From NCBI GenBank assembly GCA_049973735.1, contig JBMFJL010000041.1, positions 1 through 5,403 on the forward strand: a stretch of DNA of 5,403 nucleotides, written 5' to 3'. The notes beneath the pieces were generated by a model. It did no database searches. It worked only from the letters and a program-made list of their open reading frames with translations, and had not been told where the DNA came from. Positions 5,023-5,403 of this stretch are shown here, piece by piece (the stretch's first letter is position 1; every line of letters starts with the position of its first letter). The translations under genes and the position numbers were made by a program. Source of the stretch: Nanopusillaceae archaeon. GTDB lineage: Archaea; Nanobdellota; Nanobdellia; Nanobdellales; Nanobdellaceae.

Positions 5023-5379
5023 ATGGTCGATAATCTTGAAACAAAAATTAAAAAATTGGAAGAATTGATAATTAGAAGAAATATAATCCCTATTTTCGAA
5101 ACAAATGATTATATGGAAATACTTGTTTTACCTGATAAAAACTCTAACAACATATCTAATTTGATAGAAAATACAAAATTATTAAGCAATCTGTATGGAT
5201 CTTCTTGCACAAACATGTACATAATTCTTAGAAAAGAAGAAGAGACGTATTTAAATTACATTTTAAATCATTTAGCCAGAGAATATAGATTGCTGAAGGC
5301 TTATGCTATGAAAGATATAAACTCTGGAGAAGCATATAAAATACTATATTTCTCAAATTGTAATAAAAACAATGAATAG
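5023..5379 (+). CDS. Hypothetical protein (118 aa), probably co-transcribed with the 4254-5000 gene
   Basis: The ORF starts 22 nt after the upstream stop, with no room for a separate promoter. There is a weak AGGT at 5005-5008. The sequence looks mixed alpha/beta (EILVLPDK, MYIILRKEEE, YKILYF). I recognise no family. Confidence 0.7.
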   Translation: MVDNLETKIKKLEELIIRRNIIPIFETNDYMEILVLPDKNSNNISNLIENTKLLSNLYGSSCTNMYIILRKEEETYLNYILNHLAREYRLLKAYAMKDINSGEAYKILYFSNCNKNNE

Positions 5380-5403
5380 AGTCAATATAAAATTAGATGA
5401 AAT
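5372..5403 (+). CDS. Start of a further ORF (MNRVNIKLDE...) overlapping the preceding stop; runs off the window
   Basis: ATG at 5372-5374 overlaps the TAG at 5377-5379 (ATGAATAG, an 8-nt overlap). The frame stays open to nt 5403. Only 10 codons are visible. Confidence 0.3.
   Translation, partial: MNRVNIKLDE

Overview
The window is extremely AT-rich: hand spot counts give about 33% G+C in the first gene, about 20% in other coding lines, and about 8-10% in parts of the spacers. All credible genes are on the + strand. Only one gene is recognisable. Positions 1-537 are the 3' part of a PP-loop tRNA 2-thiolation enzyme of the TtuA/NcsA (Ncs6/CTU1) family, with GHNADD, RPL and CPF motifs and a C-terminal Cys finger.

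The rest of the window is lineage-specific ORFans with no family I can name. These are a 349-aa protein with an HExxH motif followed by a two-helix membrane hairpin (1001-2050), a 329-aa helical protein with two hydrophobic segments (2356-3345), and a tightly packed trio. The trio is a 248-aa all-alpha TPR-like protein, a 118-aa protein, and a third ORF whose ATG overlaps the preceding stop (4254-5403).

Coding density is only about 70%, with spacers of 463, 305 and 908 bp. No ORF has a Shine-Dalgarno sequence. Each independently started ORF has a TATA-like box about 23-32 nt upstream of its ATG, which fits archaeal leaderless transcription. That is my inference; taxonomy cannot be proven from this window.

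I saw no tRNA, rRNA, CRISPR array, transposase or integrase. The items most worth follow-up are:
- the HExxH membrane protein
- the 908-bp gene-free spacer, with its helically phased ATAT(T)CC box array, near-pure-AT stretches and a promoter/terminator-bracketed micro-ORF
- a perfect in-frame 24-bp tandem duplication
- the ORFan cluster taken as a unit

Functional assignments beyond the first gene are hypotheses.
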